A stretch of 64,000 bases of DNA from Amoebidium appalachense. Lineage: Eukaryota; Protista; Ichthyosporea. Positions 1-12,259 of this stretch are shown here, piece after piece. Under the pieces are notes generated by a model that was not told the DNA's origin, did no database searches, and saw nothing but the letters and a program-made list of their open reading frames with translations. A program made the translations under genes and the position numbers. Position 1 is the stretch's first letter. Every line of letters begins with the position of its first letter. The stretch spans positions 5,249,264 through 5,313,263 of the forward strand of contig CAVNZM010000006.1 of the NCBI GenBank assembly GCA_963693365.1, in the 5' to 3' direction.

Positions 1-512
1 AAAAAGATACCACACGACACTAGACCCGATGAAAGCATACACCTTGAAAAACTAAGCCTTATGTCTCGTTTTATATATACTGACCGCCTCAACCATATTG
101 CCAAATATGGCACTCGCAAGTGTATAACACCTAAATACATATTACCTTCCTGTAGAACTGGTCTTTCTCTAGCTGATGGTATTATTGATCAATTACCACG
201 CTTTTACTGTACACGTGCTATACAGTGGAGATCTAATAAGTATAAGGTGGCATCATTTGCATGCCCAAACAACACACACACACACCAGTTTAACCGGTCA
301 TGTATCGCCAAATGTAGTTTGATAGACCACATAATACCGCAACACACACACGTCACATTCACAACAGACACCCAGAAAGATAGCCTACCTGTAAATTACA
401 ACATCCTTGATTTTATACTAAACACGCGTAACTACGACCTGTTTATTAGATGTATTGATTGGCTTGAGAAACACATCACTACAAAATTATAGCGCACGCG
501 CACACACACACA

Positions 513-563
<51 letters not shown>

Positions 564-595
564 CCAGCTGATACCGAGTGTCCCGAGGGGAGCCC

Positions 596-641
<46 letters not shown>

Positions 642-837
642 GGGGAACCCCAACTAATTGATTTCTCCTTGTAGTCTTTATGGTGTCTCGTAGAGAAAGT
701 AAACCCTGATATATAGTCACCACCCGACATCTATGTACGTGATCATGATATACCGCTGAGGGGATATTCCGAGCAAACCCCCCCCCCCCCATACCTGAGA
801 CTGGTTCTCTTTGCCTCGAGTAAACAGCGTAAACCCC
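1..837 (+). mobile_element. Non-LTR retrotransposon 3' portion, copy 1 (ORF C-terminus, then CA repeat, internal poly-A and ~200 nt unique tail); runs off the window start
   Basis: Near-identical to 53539-54542. ORF ends ...YNILDFILNTRNYDLFIRCIDWLEKHITTKL* at 492. Copy 2 links this segment to RT motifs. Confidence 0.8.
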
Positions 838-850
838 TTATCATCTCAGG

Positions 851-1665
851 CACTGTCGATTCTTTTCTGCATCGCCAGCCTGCCTACGATTGGGTGGATA
901 CTATGGCGGCTCCACCGCTATCCCGCACACAACAATGCACAGAGAACCACTTTGCAGCAGTTATCTCTCCTCACGGCTATCACGGACACATTTTCAACGC
1001 AATTTCCCTCTTTTTTTCCCTAATGGAGGTTACCGGCTATGTACCCCTTGACGGAGGGGCTCCAAAAATACCGTGTGCGGTTGTGGAATATATTTGGACA
1101 TGCACCGTTATGTGGACTTCGTTTGCTTCTGTTTTTAGTTCGTTCAACCTCCACCTAGTTCTCGTCAAACAAAGGTCCGCGCCGAAATGCAGCAGAATTT
1201 CGTATATCTCGTGTGCAGGATGTATTTTACTTCTCGGAGTACTAGCCGTGCCTTACTTTTTGGGTGGGATACACGGATATTCCTGCGTCCTTTTTTTGTG
1301 TCTATCTGTGGATGGTGAAATCTTTGGGTTTCCATTTTCCATATTTTTCCCCCAACGATTACGGTTTTTGTTTGCTCATATTTCTACTTTCGGATGGCAT
1401 GTGTTCTCAGACAACCCGCCAAATTCCGAACCACCGGCCCGGAAAGAGCCGTGCACATGGTGTCACAAACACCAATCACAGAAGTCTTCACACTGGCGAG
1501 GGGCCAATCATCTTTGGTATTTGAACGTCAGGTTGGGAGGGGTGCGAATCGCACGTCGCTTCCTATCGTAATGGAGCATGATCAGGAAATTTGCCCCCTA
1601 GACCAACAGGGTGGCCAGAGACGAGAAGATGATTTTTCAGACCCGTGGAGAATTGAATTTGTGAG

Positions 1666-1705
<40 letters not shown>

Positions 1706-2758
1706 CCCCCACAAAAAAAAAAACCTCCCCCTCACCCGCCCCACCCCATTCCCTCTTTCTCTTAAGCCATTTTTCTTTCAAAGTTTCTCTCTCTCTCCCT
1801 CGGCCCCCCCCACCCCGCCCCCCCCCCCCCCCCCCTCCCTCCCTCCCTCCCTCCCTCCCTCCCTGCCTCCCAACCGGTCTTCCACCCACCCACCCACCCT
1901 CCCTCCCTCTCCAGGCCCACCCTCCCTCCCTCCCTCCCCCCTCCCTCCCCCCCCTTCCCCCCCCCCCCCCCCCCCCCCCCTTCTCTCCCTCCCTCCCTCC
2001 CTCTCTCCCTGCCTGCCTCCTCCCCCCTCCCTCTCTCCCCCTCGATCTCTCCAGCCTTCCTCCCTCCCTCCTTCCCTCCCTCCCTCCCTCCCTCCATCTC
2101 TCCCTCCCTCCCAGGGCTCCCTCCCAGGAGTCCCTCTCTCCCAGGCCTCCCTCCTCGGAGTCCCTCCCCCCCTCCCTCCCGCCCTCCCTCCCTCCATCTA
2201 ACCCTCTCTCCATCCCTCCCTTCCTCCCTCCCTTCCTCCCTCCCGCCCTCCCTCTCGCACAGGCTCGCACACACACTCTCTCTCTTTCCCTCCCTCCCTC
2301 CCTCCCTCCCTCCCTCCCTCCCTCCCTCCCTCTCTCCCTGGCCTCCCTCCCTCCCTCCCTCCCTCCCTCCCCCCCCTCTCTCTCTCAGTCTTTATTTACA
2401 ACCCCCCCGCTCCCCCCCCCTTTTCTACCCTGTTTTTCTCCTAATCTCTCTCACACACTCCCTTCCCCCCCCCCACCTTTTTTCTTGCTGGCAAATAGAT
2501 ATGTAAAGTTTCCCTCATTGCTTGAATTGAATCACTTGCACCGGTTCCTCCAGCTCCCCCCCCCCCCCCCCCCCCCCGCCTTTTTTTTTTTTTGGCGGTG
2601 GTGGTCAGTGGTGGTGGTGGTTGTACCAGTGGGGTGTGTGTGTGTGGGGGTGGGGGGGGGGGGGGGGGGGGGGGAGGGGGGGGGGATTAGGTGCTCACTA
2701 GCTGTACCAATGCCACCAAGTCCGACCCCTCCATAGGTCTCAACAACACTATTTGCAC

Positions 2759-2821
<63 letters not shown>

Positions 2822-2970
2822 CAAAAAACAAAAAACAAGCACACGCACCCTCAAGCTCCATCATCCTTTCCAAACCCTTCTCCACTTCCTCTCCCATCAC
2901 TTTCCTTCACCTCTTTTCGGAATCGGGCAGTGCCCCTCGGCTCCCATACCCTCGCTCCTTCCCTCCCCCC

Positions 2971-3001
<31 letters not shown>

Positions 3002-3599
3002 AAAAAAAAAAAAAAAAAAGCAGGCGCCAGCAGCATCAAGCCGGGCGTCTGGGGAGCTTGAAATCCCACTCGCGCCCACAACAACCACTGGCGATAATAC
3101 CACCCAATATTCGCGCAGAGGAACGCTTCTGGAAGGAGCCAATCAAGTTGCAGCAATCGGCCAAGAACCAGTCAGCTATCGGCAAATCTCAAACCCTCTA
3201 CCGGCCTTCCCCTCCATCCCACAAAGGGAAAACACACCGCCCAGGCTTATTTTAGAACGTGAAGCGCCCAATCAGTTCGCACCAAGCCAAGATACGCCGG
3301 CAAATCAGATTACTCGCATGCCCGAATCGCCCAATCAACCCATCCCATTGCATGAATCGACCAATCAAAACCCACCGATTGTCGATCGCCTTCGCAAGAT
3401 GGTTTTTGCTCTACAGGGTATGATCTTAGCCCATGCGCTGTTGTGGGTGCCGTGGTTGGTTAAGGCTGGATTTGTGGCGGCCGGGCAGCCAATGGGAGGG
3501 CCCGTTGCTATGGCGATGTGTCTGCCAACCAATATCTCGGGGGTTGTCACCGGGTACTTTTTGTCAGTTGTTTTGCCTGCAACCGGCCTGCCAGCCTGA
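851..3599 (+). pseudogene. 7TM GPCR-like gene (cAMP-receptor/Git3-like layout, long third intracellular loop) with three apparent frameshifts; pseudogene or assembly errors
   Basis: Frame-hopping gives TM1 ALSILFCIASLPTIGWILW, TM2 LLTAITD/IFNAISLFFSL, TM3 CAVVEYIWTCTVMWTSFASVFSSFNLHLVLV, TM4 ISCAGCILLLGVLAVPYF and TM5 PTITVFVCSYFYFRMA. Donor GTGAGC at 1661 joins in phase to acceptor 3023/3024, followed by TM6 ILAHALLWVPWLV and TM7 to TGA 3599. Shifts at ~990, ~1265 and ~1347. Confidence 0.6.
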
Positions 3600-4134
3600 C
3601 GTGTGGAATGGAAGGACGTCATCATTCAATGATTATAAGTTTCTTTATTTCTTTTCTTGCTTTCTGCTGTTGTGTGTGAGTTTGGTTATCAGTGTGGATG
3701 CTTTGTTTGGACCCCTGTCATAGGCGAATTTGTGTGTCGGTGCGCGTGTGCGTGCGCGTGTGTGTGTGTGTTCGTGTGTGTGTGTGCCTGTGTACGTCCA
3801 TGCGCGTGTACACGCGCGTGTGTGTATTTGTGTGCAAGCATTCACGTGTTCCGTGTATCTTTGCTCGCGTGCGCCGTAGTGCGTGCAGTTACTGTAGCTG
3901 TGGCCATGTGTTGATTGAGTTACACTCGAAATCGTTTGCTAAGGTTTCAATCCAAAGAACCGGAGCGGTTTTCTATTTTTTGCAGCATTTTGGATTGGTT
4001 TACACGTCATTTGCATGCCATTTGAGAATACCTGAAGCCCTGGGCCTTTCTCATGCCATTTTGATAAATGTGTACATGTCGTGCTGAGTATGTTTGATTC
4101 AAGGCTTTGGTTGTCGGTGTTCGTGAATAACCAG

Positions 4135-4650
4135 GCATTTGACCTTCTGAAAATTAGAATTACTGATTTTTGGCCTTCTGTGCATAGAATTACTGATATC
4201 TGGTCTTTTGAACATTGGAATTACTGATATCTAGTCTTGAACATTAAAATTCTGATATCTGGCCTTCGGAAACCTAGACTTATGATATGTGGCCTTCTGT
4301 AAATAGAATCATTAAGGCTTAAAAAATTAGGAATACTGATATCTGGCCTTTTGAAAATTAGAATTGTTGATATCTGGCCTTCCGAAAATGAATGATTGAG
4401 ATTTATATTACTTGGGCCCTGCAAAAATTAGACTTACTGATATCCAGCCTGTGAAGATTAGAAATATTGATGTCTGGCCTTTTTCAATAGAATTACATAG
4501 TATGTGGCAATTTGACTGATATACGGCCCTCTGAAACCTAGAATTACATGGATATCTGGCCTTTTAAAGATTGTAATTGCTGATATCTGGAATTTTCGGA
4601 AAATCAGAATTACTGATATCTAGCCTTTTGAAAATTAGAACTTCTGATAC
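4135..4650. repeat. Degenerate ~31-bp minisatellite (consensus approx. TTACTGATATCTGGCCTTTTGAAAATTAGAA), about 15 units
   Basis: CTGATATCTGGCCTT-like core recurs about every 30-32 nt. Confidence 0.85.
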
Positions 4651-5279
4651 TATGTCAGGGCCTACGGGTCACAGTGGCTGTACAGTCCTGACAGTGTCCA
4701 GCACTACGAGCAACGTGACGGTCAACACATGCACACGGACACACACATGCACACACACACACACATACACACACACACACACACTTGCTAATGCATGGTG
4801 GAACACATGAGCGCGCATGTAACGAGCCAGGCATATATACCTTGAACGCGCGGTGGCATGTTCAATACACAAACACACGCACATGCACATATCTACACAG
4901 CGGCGCGCGTGCAGGTACGGACGCGGCATACACATACATGGTCGCGGACACACAGATACACGTGCACGGGCGCGCATTCACTCGCACGCACACATGCACG
5001 CAGATACTGTACACACCGCAGCCACGTGCGCGCAAACACACACCCAATGTTCACATGTATGATTTTAAGGTAAAATGCCTTTTTTTTTATAAATTATTAC
5101 AAAGGATCGACACAGAGTTGCCGGACCTATCTATGGATTTTCCATCACACGAAAGCACCCTAATTAGTAGTAATGCACAGGCACCCATCGCACACACAAT
5201 GTATATACGTATACGTACACAACCATGCTCCAGTAGTAGCCATGAATTTTATTTTTTTTATAGTTTTTTTTTTTTTTTT

Positions 5280-5341
<62 letters not shown>

Positions 5342-5640
5342 CGGATATGGGGAAGGGAGGGGAACCCGGTGAACTGTGTGTGTGTGTTTGGGGGGGGGGG
5401 GGGGGGGGGGGGGGGGGAGAACTCCTCCCCACACACACACATATCCCTGGGGCTAGGGGATGGCAACGCATGAATACTAATGCAAAATCAAGATAATTAA
5501 GGTTGGGAGGGGACAGTCCCATACCGTAGGTCACCAGTGGGCATGCCTGTTACTCTGGGGGAAGGGGAGAAGGGGGGGACCAAGGAACATGATAAGGATC
5601 CCTCCGAGCCTTAAAAAGAGGGGGGGGGGGGGGGGGGGGT

Positions 5641-5962
5641 AAAAGTGTGTTGTGGTGTACATTCATAATGGACTACACGCATTACATTACAGTTTTCATA
5701 ATGGACTACACGCATTACATTACACAGTTTTCATAATGGACTACACGCATTACATTACACAGTTTTCATAATGGACCACGCATTACATTACACAGTTTTT
5801 GCAAATTCGCACACACATAGACAAGACACTTTCACAAGTAGAGCCCATCCTAAGGGGGGCTCAAATCATCCACAGTACCCGAATTTCGGTGCATCCACCT
5901 CGAATGCCAAACCCAAATCGAGCGCAGGGGTGGGGTCACCAATCTTTATCAGGGATCGACGG
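5641..5962 (+). repeat. Copy of the poly-G-flanked dispersed repeat, carrying an internal ~35-bp x4 tandem array (5662-5800)
   Basis: AGAGCCCATCCTAAGGGGGG..TCATCCACAGTACCCGAATTTCG matches 29864-29915. CATAATGGAC recurs four times at 33-35 nt spacing. Confidence 0.7.
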
Positions 5963-5977
5963 AGGAGGAGGAGGAGG

Positions 5978-6023
<46 letters not shown>

Positions 6024-7054
6024 GGATGGAAAATGGAAGCAAGACGTTTCAAAGGCAAAACCAAAACGTCACAAACACACAAGAACCAGAAATCAACTCC
6101 CCCTCGAAGGGGGGGTGGGGGGACTCCAAGATCGGTTGGGATTTGGACGTTGCCTGTATTCATGTGTGTGCCCATCATTACTCACGTTCATAATTCATAC
6201 AAAATCATCAGAGCACATACAACCACTAGGACACCAGTCCACAATACCATTATTTAGCGCTTACATCACCCAAAGCTGCTTGGCCAGCAAACCAATCAGA
6301 TTAAGCAAACAATTATATGCATATGCGATAGTAAGAATGCTAATGATACCCAAGTCATAATGCCAAACTTGTGACACGTGTAATGAATATTGCAATCAAA
6401 CAACGCAGCCAAAAGTGTACCCTTAACGTTTTAAGCAACGAGGAATCCAAGAACGTGCGGAAAAAGGCCGTCTTCAATAGTCGTCTGCTGTGTGGAAAAA
6501 GGCCACAATAGTCTTCTGCTGTGTGTGTGTGTGTGTGTGCCCCCGCGCGCGCGCGCGCGTGTGTGTGTGCGTGTGAGTGTGTGTGTGTGTTTGTGTGTGC
6601 GTGCCTTTGCGCCCCCCCATGCGCCACGCCACACACACATCCCTGTAGAAAGACCAGCAAAATCAATACGGTAAACAGTTACTTGCACGGCTATTGCAAA
6701 TTGTTACTAATTGTTTTCGTTTTTTGCAGAACTTTCTGTAATCGCATTCACACACCGACCAGCGGGAATTAGAACAAACTCTCAGAGGAAACAAAAGAAC
6801 CATAAGTTAACGTTACAATAATTAGAATATGCTTCAAGTTTTCCCTGTCACACAAACCACAGTGCACTGGGTTTCCTACTCTCCTTTCACCATATTCATC
6901 CCACCTACGATTTTTGTTGTATAATTGGTGGCGCTGGATCGCACGTGACAAGCACTTTTACCATCAGCACGGGGTATTTGCAAACACCAGACCCACATCC
7001 CTCCATGCTCCTTGTATCCTATGCTTCCACCGCCTGCAAGACGGGGTATCCACC

Positions 7055-7119
7055 TCACGACATGTCTGGATGGAGGGGGAAGGAAAAACGGTCAGTAGCA
7101 GCACACCGGCTTTTTTTTT

Positions 7120-7160
<41 letters not shown>

Positions 7161-9602
7161 TGGGGGGGGGGCTAATGGGAAACATTGAAGAGAAGAGAAG
7201 TGTATGGGTTGATTCAAGGTGATCCTGAGTGCGTGCATGTGTTTCGGCACACATTTGAGCACACATGTGTGCGTGTCTGCGTGTCTATGTGTGTGCGTGC
7301 ACGTGTGTGCTTGGTATTCGTGCATTAACTTGTTGGGGGTAGGGGGAGGGGGGGGGGGGGGGGGGGGGGAGGCGGCAAAAAAAAACAAGGGGGGGGGGGG
7401 GGGGGGGGACACAATATGTACACAGGGACAAATACTGAAGTGCGAGGCATGGCACCCAAGTTGCAGTGCTAACCACGAACGGCCAACGAGAGTGGCAATG
7501 GTGCAGGAGTGTGCATCCCAAACAAACCACATGCATGCGCCACGTGCCATCCACATACACGGTACGACCCAGAAAAACCCAGCTCCCCCCCCCCCTCCCC
7601 CTCCGCCTTTTTTCCCCCCCCGTTTCTCTCTCTCTCTCTCTTTTTTTTTTTTAGCGTAGCCCCCCCTCCCCTCCTCCTCCCCCCCCCCCCCCCACCACCA
7701 CCACCACCACCACCACCACACACACACACACACACACACCGGCCCATGCAGGCAGGGACTCTTCCTCATCACCACCTCAGTCCCGCCATTTATAAGCAGA
7801 CACACAGCCCAGCTCATATACTCACCATGCCACCCAATCACAGTCACCCATACAACCTCACCCACAGCCGAGTAAACACCACCAGAAAAAACACTCGCAC
7901 CATTCACGGTCATGTTTAAAATCTACATTTCATCTCCTACCCGGAAACCCGTGCGCAACTTCCCCTCCCCCCCCCCCCCCCAAAAAAAAAAAAAAATCCA
8001 TCCACCCACCCACCCACACCCACACCAAAACATGGCACCACCCCACTACAAACACAAACTTGGCACACAACTAGCAACCCCAAACTTCGTGTTGAACCAT
8101 ACCCACCCACATACGGAGGGGAAAACGGTAAGGGGGACACACATACACAGACAAGCATATATCCGCACCCACTCACCCACCCACACCCATACCTACACCT
8201 ACCTGCCAACCCATTTCATCCGCCCCACCTCAACACAGCCATATCCGCATTCACCCGCCCGCACCCCTCACAAAACTCACCCGCACATCCACACCCAGAC
8301 GCACAAAGCAGAGACGAGGCACAAACACACACCCACACCCATTACCCCCCCACCCATCCATCCACGCTCACATGCCCACTTACAGTCATACATGGACTCC
8401 CTCATCTGCCTCTGAACATTGCTCGCATTAAACTTTGTGAACGACCGATACTGCTCGTCCAACTTCTCCTGAAGTATGCCGTCAAACTGAACACGCAGCC
8501 GCGCCTCCCTCTCCTCAGTGGCGCGCTGGACAAGCAACTTCACCTGGTCAAGCGAAAACATGAGATCGGCATTGTCAGATGGCTTCCCTTGCGCCTTCAG
8601 GTGGTCTTGCCCACGCTGCCGTGCCATGCGAACCATCCCGCGATCAAGGTGCGCCTCAAGCGGCTCTGTGTCCCAAAAACAGTTAGTTACATCGCTACGA
8701 AGGCATGCGCTTCTTCAGTATATGGAACCATAGCCTCGTATACCACACCCACTGTGCTCCAACCGTTGAAATCATCAATATAGGTCCATAGCCTAAAGAA
8801 GTTTGGGGGCCAAAACACCACATAGGGGAAACAACCAGAAGAAACACAAGGGAATGAAACCCTAGTAAAGCTGAGATAAGTGCCTGAAATCCAAGGAAAC
8901 AACCAGAAGAAACATAAGGGAATGAAACCTTAGTAAAGCTGAGATTAGTGCCTGAAATCCAATGTTCTTGCAGAGGAAAAAAGGCCCACATATCCCGTTC
9001 CCACGTTCACCAGCCACAACCCTCACTCGTGTGTCCAGCCCTCGAACTAGAAACCCCAACAGGTAAAAACACGACAGAAAAATTGGGACGAACAACAACA
9101 CCTGAAGGAAATGTTAAATATAGGAACAAGCAGAGAGGGTGCCCAACTTCCCAGAAAAAGCAACGACTAAAACACATAAAAAAGCAAGAGCACCCACCAC
9201 CAAAACAACTCGTCAAACAACCAAATCCATATTCCTACCTTTTTTTTTAAAAAAAAAATAAAAAATATTTACCTCAACAGTTGGAGTGACAACCAAAAAT
9301 GCACGTAAGAATGCAAACTTCCAAGGGGATCCCAACGATTAAAACACATCAAGAAGAGAAATCGTAAACATTCTCCCTTTGCCCTTACCTTGCGGGATAG
9401 TCACGTTGAACGCAGAGTCTGGGTTGTGTGGGTAGCGCATTCTAAGAGGCATGTTGTGGTGAAGGCCGGCAGGCTGTGTGGGTGAGGCGTTCGGGGGGCA
9501 GCCAAGACGAAAGCGCTTGGCTGGCGCAACCGCTGCTGGCTGCATCTTTGCTGGAGATGAGCCATAATCCTCATACCCACGCTTAAGTGTTGCGCTAGAC
9601 AT
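7055..9602 (-). CDS. akirin: Akirin; exons 9602-9389, 8665-8384, 7065-7055
   Basis: N-terminus MSSATLKR..SPAK..AKRFRL. C-terminus FSLDQVKLLVQRATEEREARLRVQFDGILQEKLDEQYRSFTKF..MYDYMS* matches the akirin consensus. GT-AG phases are consistent and an ACTAAC branch site precedes exon 2. Confidence 0.92.
8828..8963. repeat. ~68-bp direct tandem duplication in akirin intron 1
   Basis: GAAACAACCAGAAGAAAC..GTGCCTGAAATCCAA occurs twice with about 4 mismatches. Confidence 0.9.
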
Positions 9603-10320
9603 GGTGTTGTGTTGTTTGGTGGTAAAGAAGTGGACAAAAGAAAAGTGTGCTTGGTTGGATTGGTGCACGTGAGGAACAGAAGGGAGAAAAAGAATCAAGT
9701 TAAAGGTAGATCTAAACAAAAAACGAGTGGGACTGTGCTATGGGTCTTGATTTTTGCCAAAAAAGGAATCCCGCGTGCCTAAACCCTCTATAACAGGGTC
9801 CGAACGTAACGGTCGTCCGGTTACTTCCACGATGTTTTCGAGACAAGATTTAAGAGGGATGGTTAATGCTACAATGAGCGTTTACACAAAAGAAATACTA
9901 TATCACCCACGTATCATTACAAGTTTTAACTTAGTATAGCATCATTTAGCACACCCTCTAACAGCTGCAAGAATTTACCCAAATGACCATAACATGCCCC
10001 TGCGCACCTTCACTAACGCTTTCACACTGGCAGCGGATGAAACAGTCACAGGGTGCCGTATCAGCCGAGGGGGGTTCAAGATGAATTAATTTGCAACTAG
10101 ATCTGGTACTGGGGCAGAACCCTGCTGTAAAAACATGGCCGGATATAATGTAAATGCGGACTTTTGTACTGAAAAATGTTAGACCCCCCCTAAATTTTCG
10201 TTACGTCATCCCTTTAGCTCAGTTACTTGGAAAAGTTTGAAAAAGCTGTTAGGTATAACCGCGCCAAAAATAAAACCTTAAAGAAACTTAGCTGGGCACA
10301 TTTTTTTTATTACGGGTAAT

Positions 10321-11486
10321 ATGGGTAGATGCGCAGCACCTTATTGTGACATCATCTGCACAGCGGGAAACACAGCCGTTATTCCCACAGTGAGAACACC
10401 AAGTGGAATAGAGCTCAGGAAATAGTGGCTCAAAAACATCGGCAGGACAGAGCAAGACCTCTGGGCCGAAAACTTGTTTCTTGAACGTTGGGTAGAGATT
10501 GAAAAGGAACGTGCAGAGCAGGAGGAGAAAGGAACACTGCCTCCAAGGAAAGTTGGCAAGCCCAAAAAAGATCCCAGATTGCTCAAGCTGAGCAACTTGG
10601 TGCTTTGTTACGCTCACTTTGACGACGATGACAAACCAAACGGTGAACCGCGAGCGGGTGCCCTTCCTCTACGTAAAGAAAGCGACCCCGTCTACCGCGA
10701 AAAGGTGCGCCAGGAACGTTTGAAAGCCACACCCCATTACGCATCAGAGCTCCGCAGAAATGAACCTCTTAAACGACCCAACCCCGTTGCGGAACAATCT
10801 GAAGCACCTCAACCACAGACAGGCAGGGCCAAGCGTCTCAAGCAGAATAACAAGAAGCATGCGGAAAAGGATGTAGGAAACGTTGAGCATGGCGCAGGCG
10901 AGCTTCGTAACATTGAGCCCTCCGAACAGCCCAGCACCGTTTCGGCACAGTCCGAACCATCTCAACCACCTAAGGAGCGGGCCAAGCGTTTTAAGAAAGG
11001 TAACAACAAGCGGGCGGAAAAGGATTCAGGAAACGTAGAAGATAGCTTAGAGCATGACACAGGTGAGCTGTGCAATAATGAACCACTCGAACGACTCAAC
11101 CCGGTTTTGGCATATTCCGAAGCAACCCAACCACCAACAGAGCGGGGGAAGCGTCTGAAGAAGAGTGAAAACTTGCAAGCAGAAAAGGAGGGTAACAATG
11201 AGCCAGCGGAAACGAATGTAGGTACACAGACGATAGAATACAGGAGCTCGAAGACAACTTGGCTACAGTGACACATAACATAGCCCGGCTACAATCTACA
11301 GTTGCAGTGCTGGAGCAAAATCAAAGAGAGAGCGAGGAAAGGATTAGGGAGCTTGACAAACTGGCAGATGAGCTTCTAAAAGAGAACAAGGTGCTACGTG
11401 AGGAGATTGCTAGGAAGCAAGTCCACGCGACCCTGGTGGCGCAATTGCCACCACTCAGTGCTGCAGATAAAGGGAAATCATGGTAG
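10321..11486 (+). pseudogene. Intronless THAP zinc-finger protein with three ~50-aa repeats, a TQT motif and a coiled coil; in-frame TAG and one frameshift
   Basis: MGRCAAPYC..IP..LRK*WLKNIGR..LVLCYAHF..GALP fits the THAP C2CH signature (C-x4-C, P, W, C-x2-H-F, AxP). TAG at 10423-10425. One base missing near 11232 would join NVGTQT to DRIQELEDNL..coiled coil. Confidence 0.72.
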
Positions 11487-12259
11487 GAGACTCTTGCTTA
11501 ACATCATGATGGATGTGTTATAGTGTACTGTGTGGGTCATAGTTCCGATCGGGATGATGGGTTACAAGTTGCACACGGGAGAGTTCATTGATAGAGTTGA
11601 CTACGTGTTGGGGCTAATAATTCCTTCTGATTTTATTACAAGTTAGGCGCATAGGCCTGTTCAAACACAGCCGTCCTAAAATTCGAACGGAGCTTTACTA
11701 TATTCACAGATGTGTACAGCATCCTAGTTTAACAGCATAAGCAGGTTAGGAGGGTTTCAAAAGCATGTTCGTACTCTCTCAACGGAGTGGGTGCCACATC
11801 TAGTCTAAGCGCACCGTGACTATATATATCACAAATCTGTGACGAGATGTAAAATGGATATGTCGAAGCGCATGAAAATTCATGAAAACACTTTAGTTGC
11901 ACTGTCTCTCTCCCCTCCCCCCCCCCCCCCCCCCCCCCCCCCTCCTCCCCCCCCCCCTGCCCTCCCTCCCTCTTCCCTCCTCCTCCTATGGTGCACCATA
12001 CATACGTGTTGATATCTTTAACCATAGGAGGTAAATGTAGTGCAAAAACTGCACTGGACTACTTACTTACATTTCGTGAAACAGTTCATAAACACACCAT
12101 GGCATACATACTCCTTAGTTCATTTCCATACGTATACCGACTCGAGCTCAGATAAAGATATTTCTAAATCAAACGCCAGAAATAGCATTAAAATTTAGCA
12201 TTCCGACCATATTTGGAAAGTGTGCTGGTGTGGGTTCACCTCTAAAAGATCTGGCTAGC

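Noticed and set aside
791-830. U5 snRNA-like start (ATAC..CTGGTTTCTCTT) or CUGAGA hammerhead at the retroelement end
   Set aside because: No U5 loop I (GCCTTTTAC) or Sm site, and no GAAA core. Treated as a simple stem-loop.
4135-4650. CRISPR-like array
   Set aside because: Units are head-to-tail degenerate copies without unique spacers, the context is eukaryotic, and no cas genes are present. The same applies to 43300-43965.
10423-10425. TAG stop-codon reassignment (in-frame TAG in THAP and in a candidate exon at ~45407; no recognised conserved gene clearly ends in TAG)
   Set aside because: No in-frame TAG occurs in the conserved coding exons of CWC27, SLC35C2, WASHC3, akirin, the LPMO or cathepsin, and TAG terminates the retroelement ORF.
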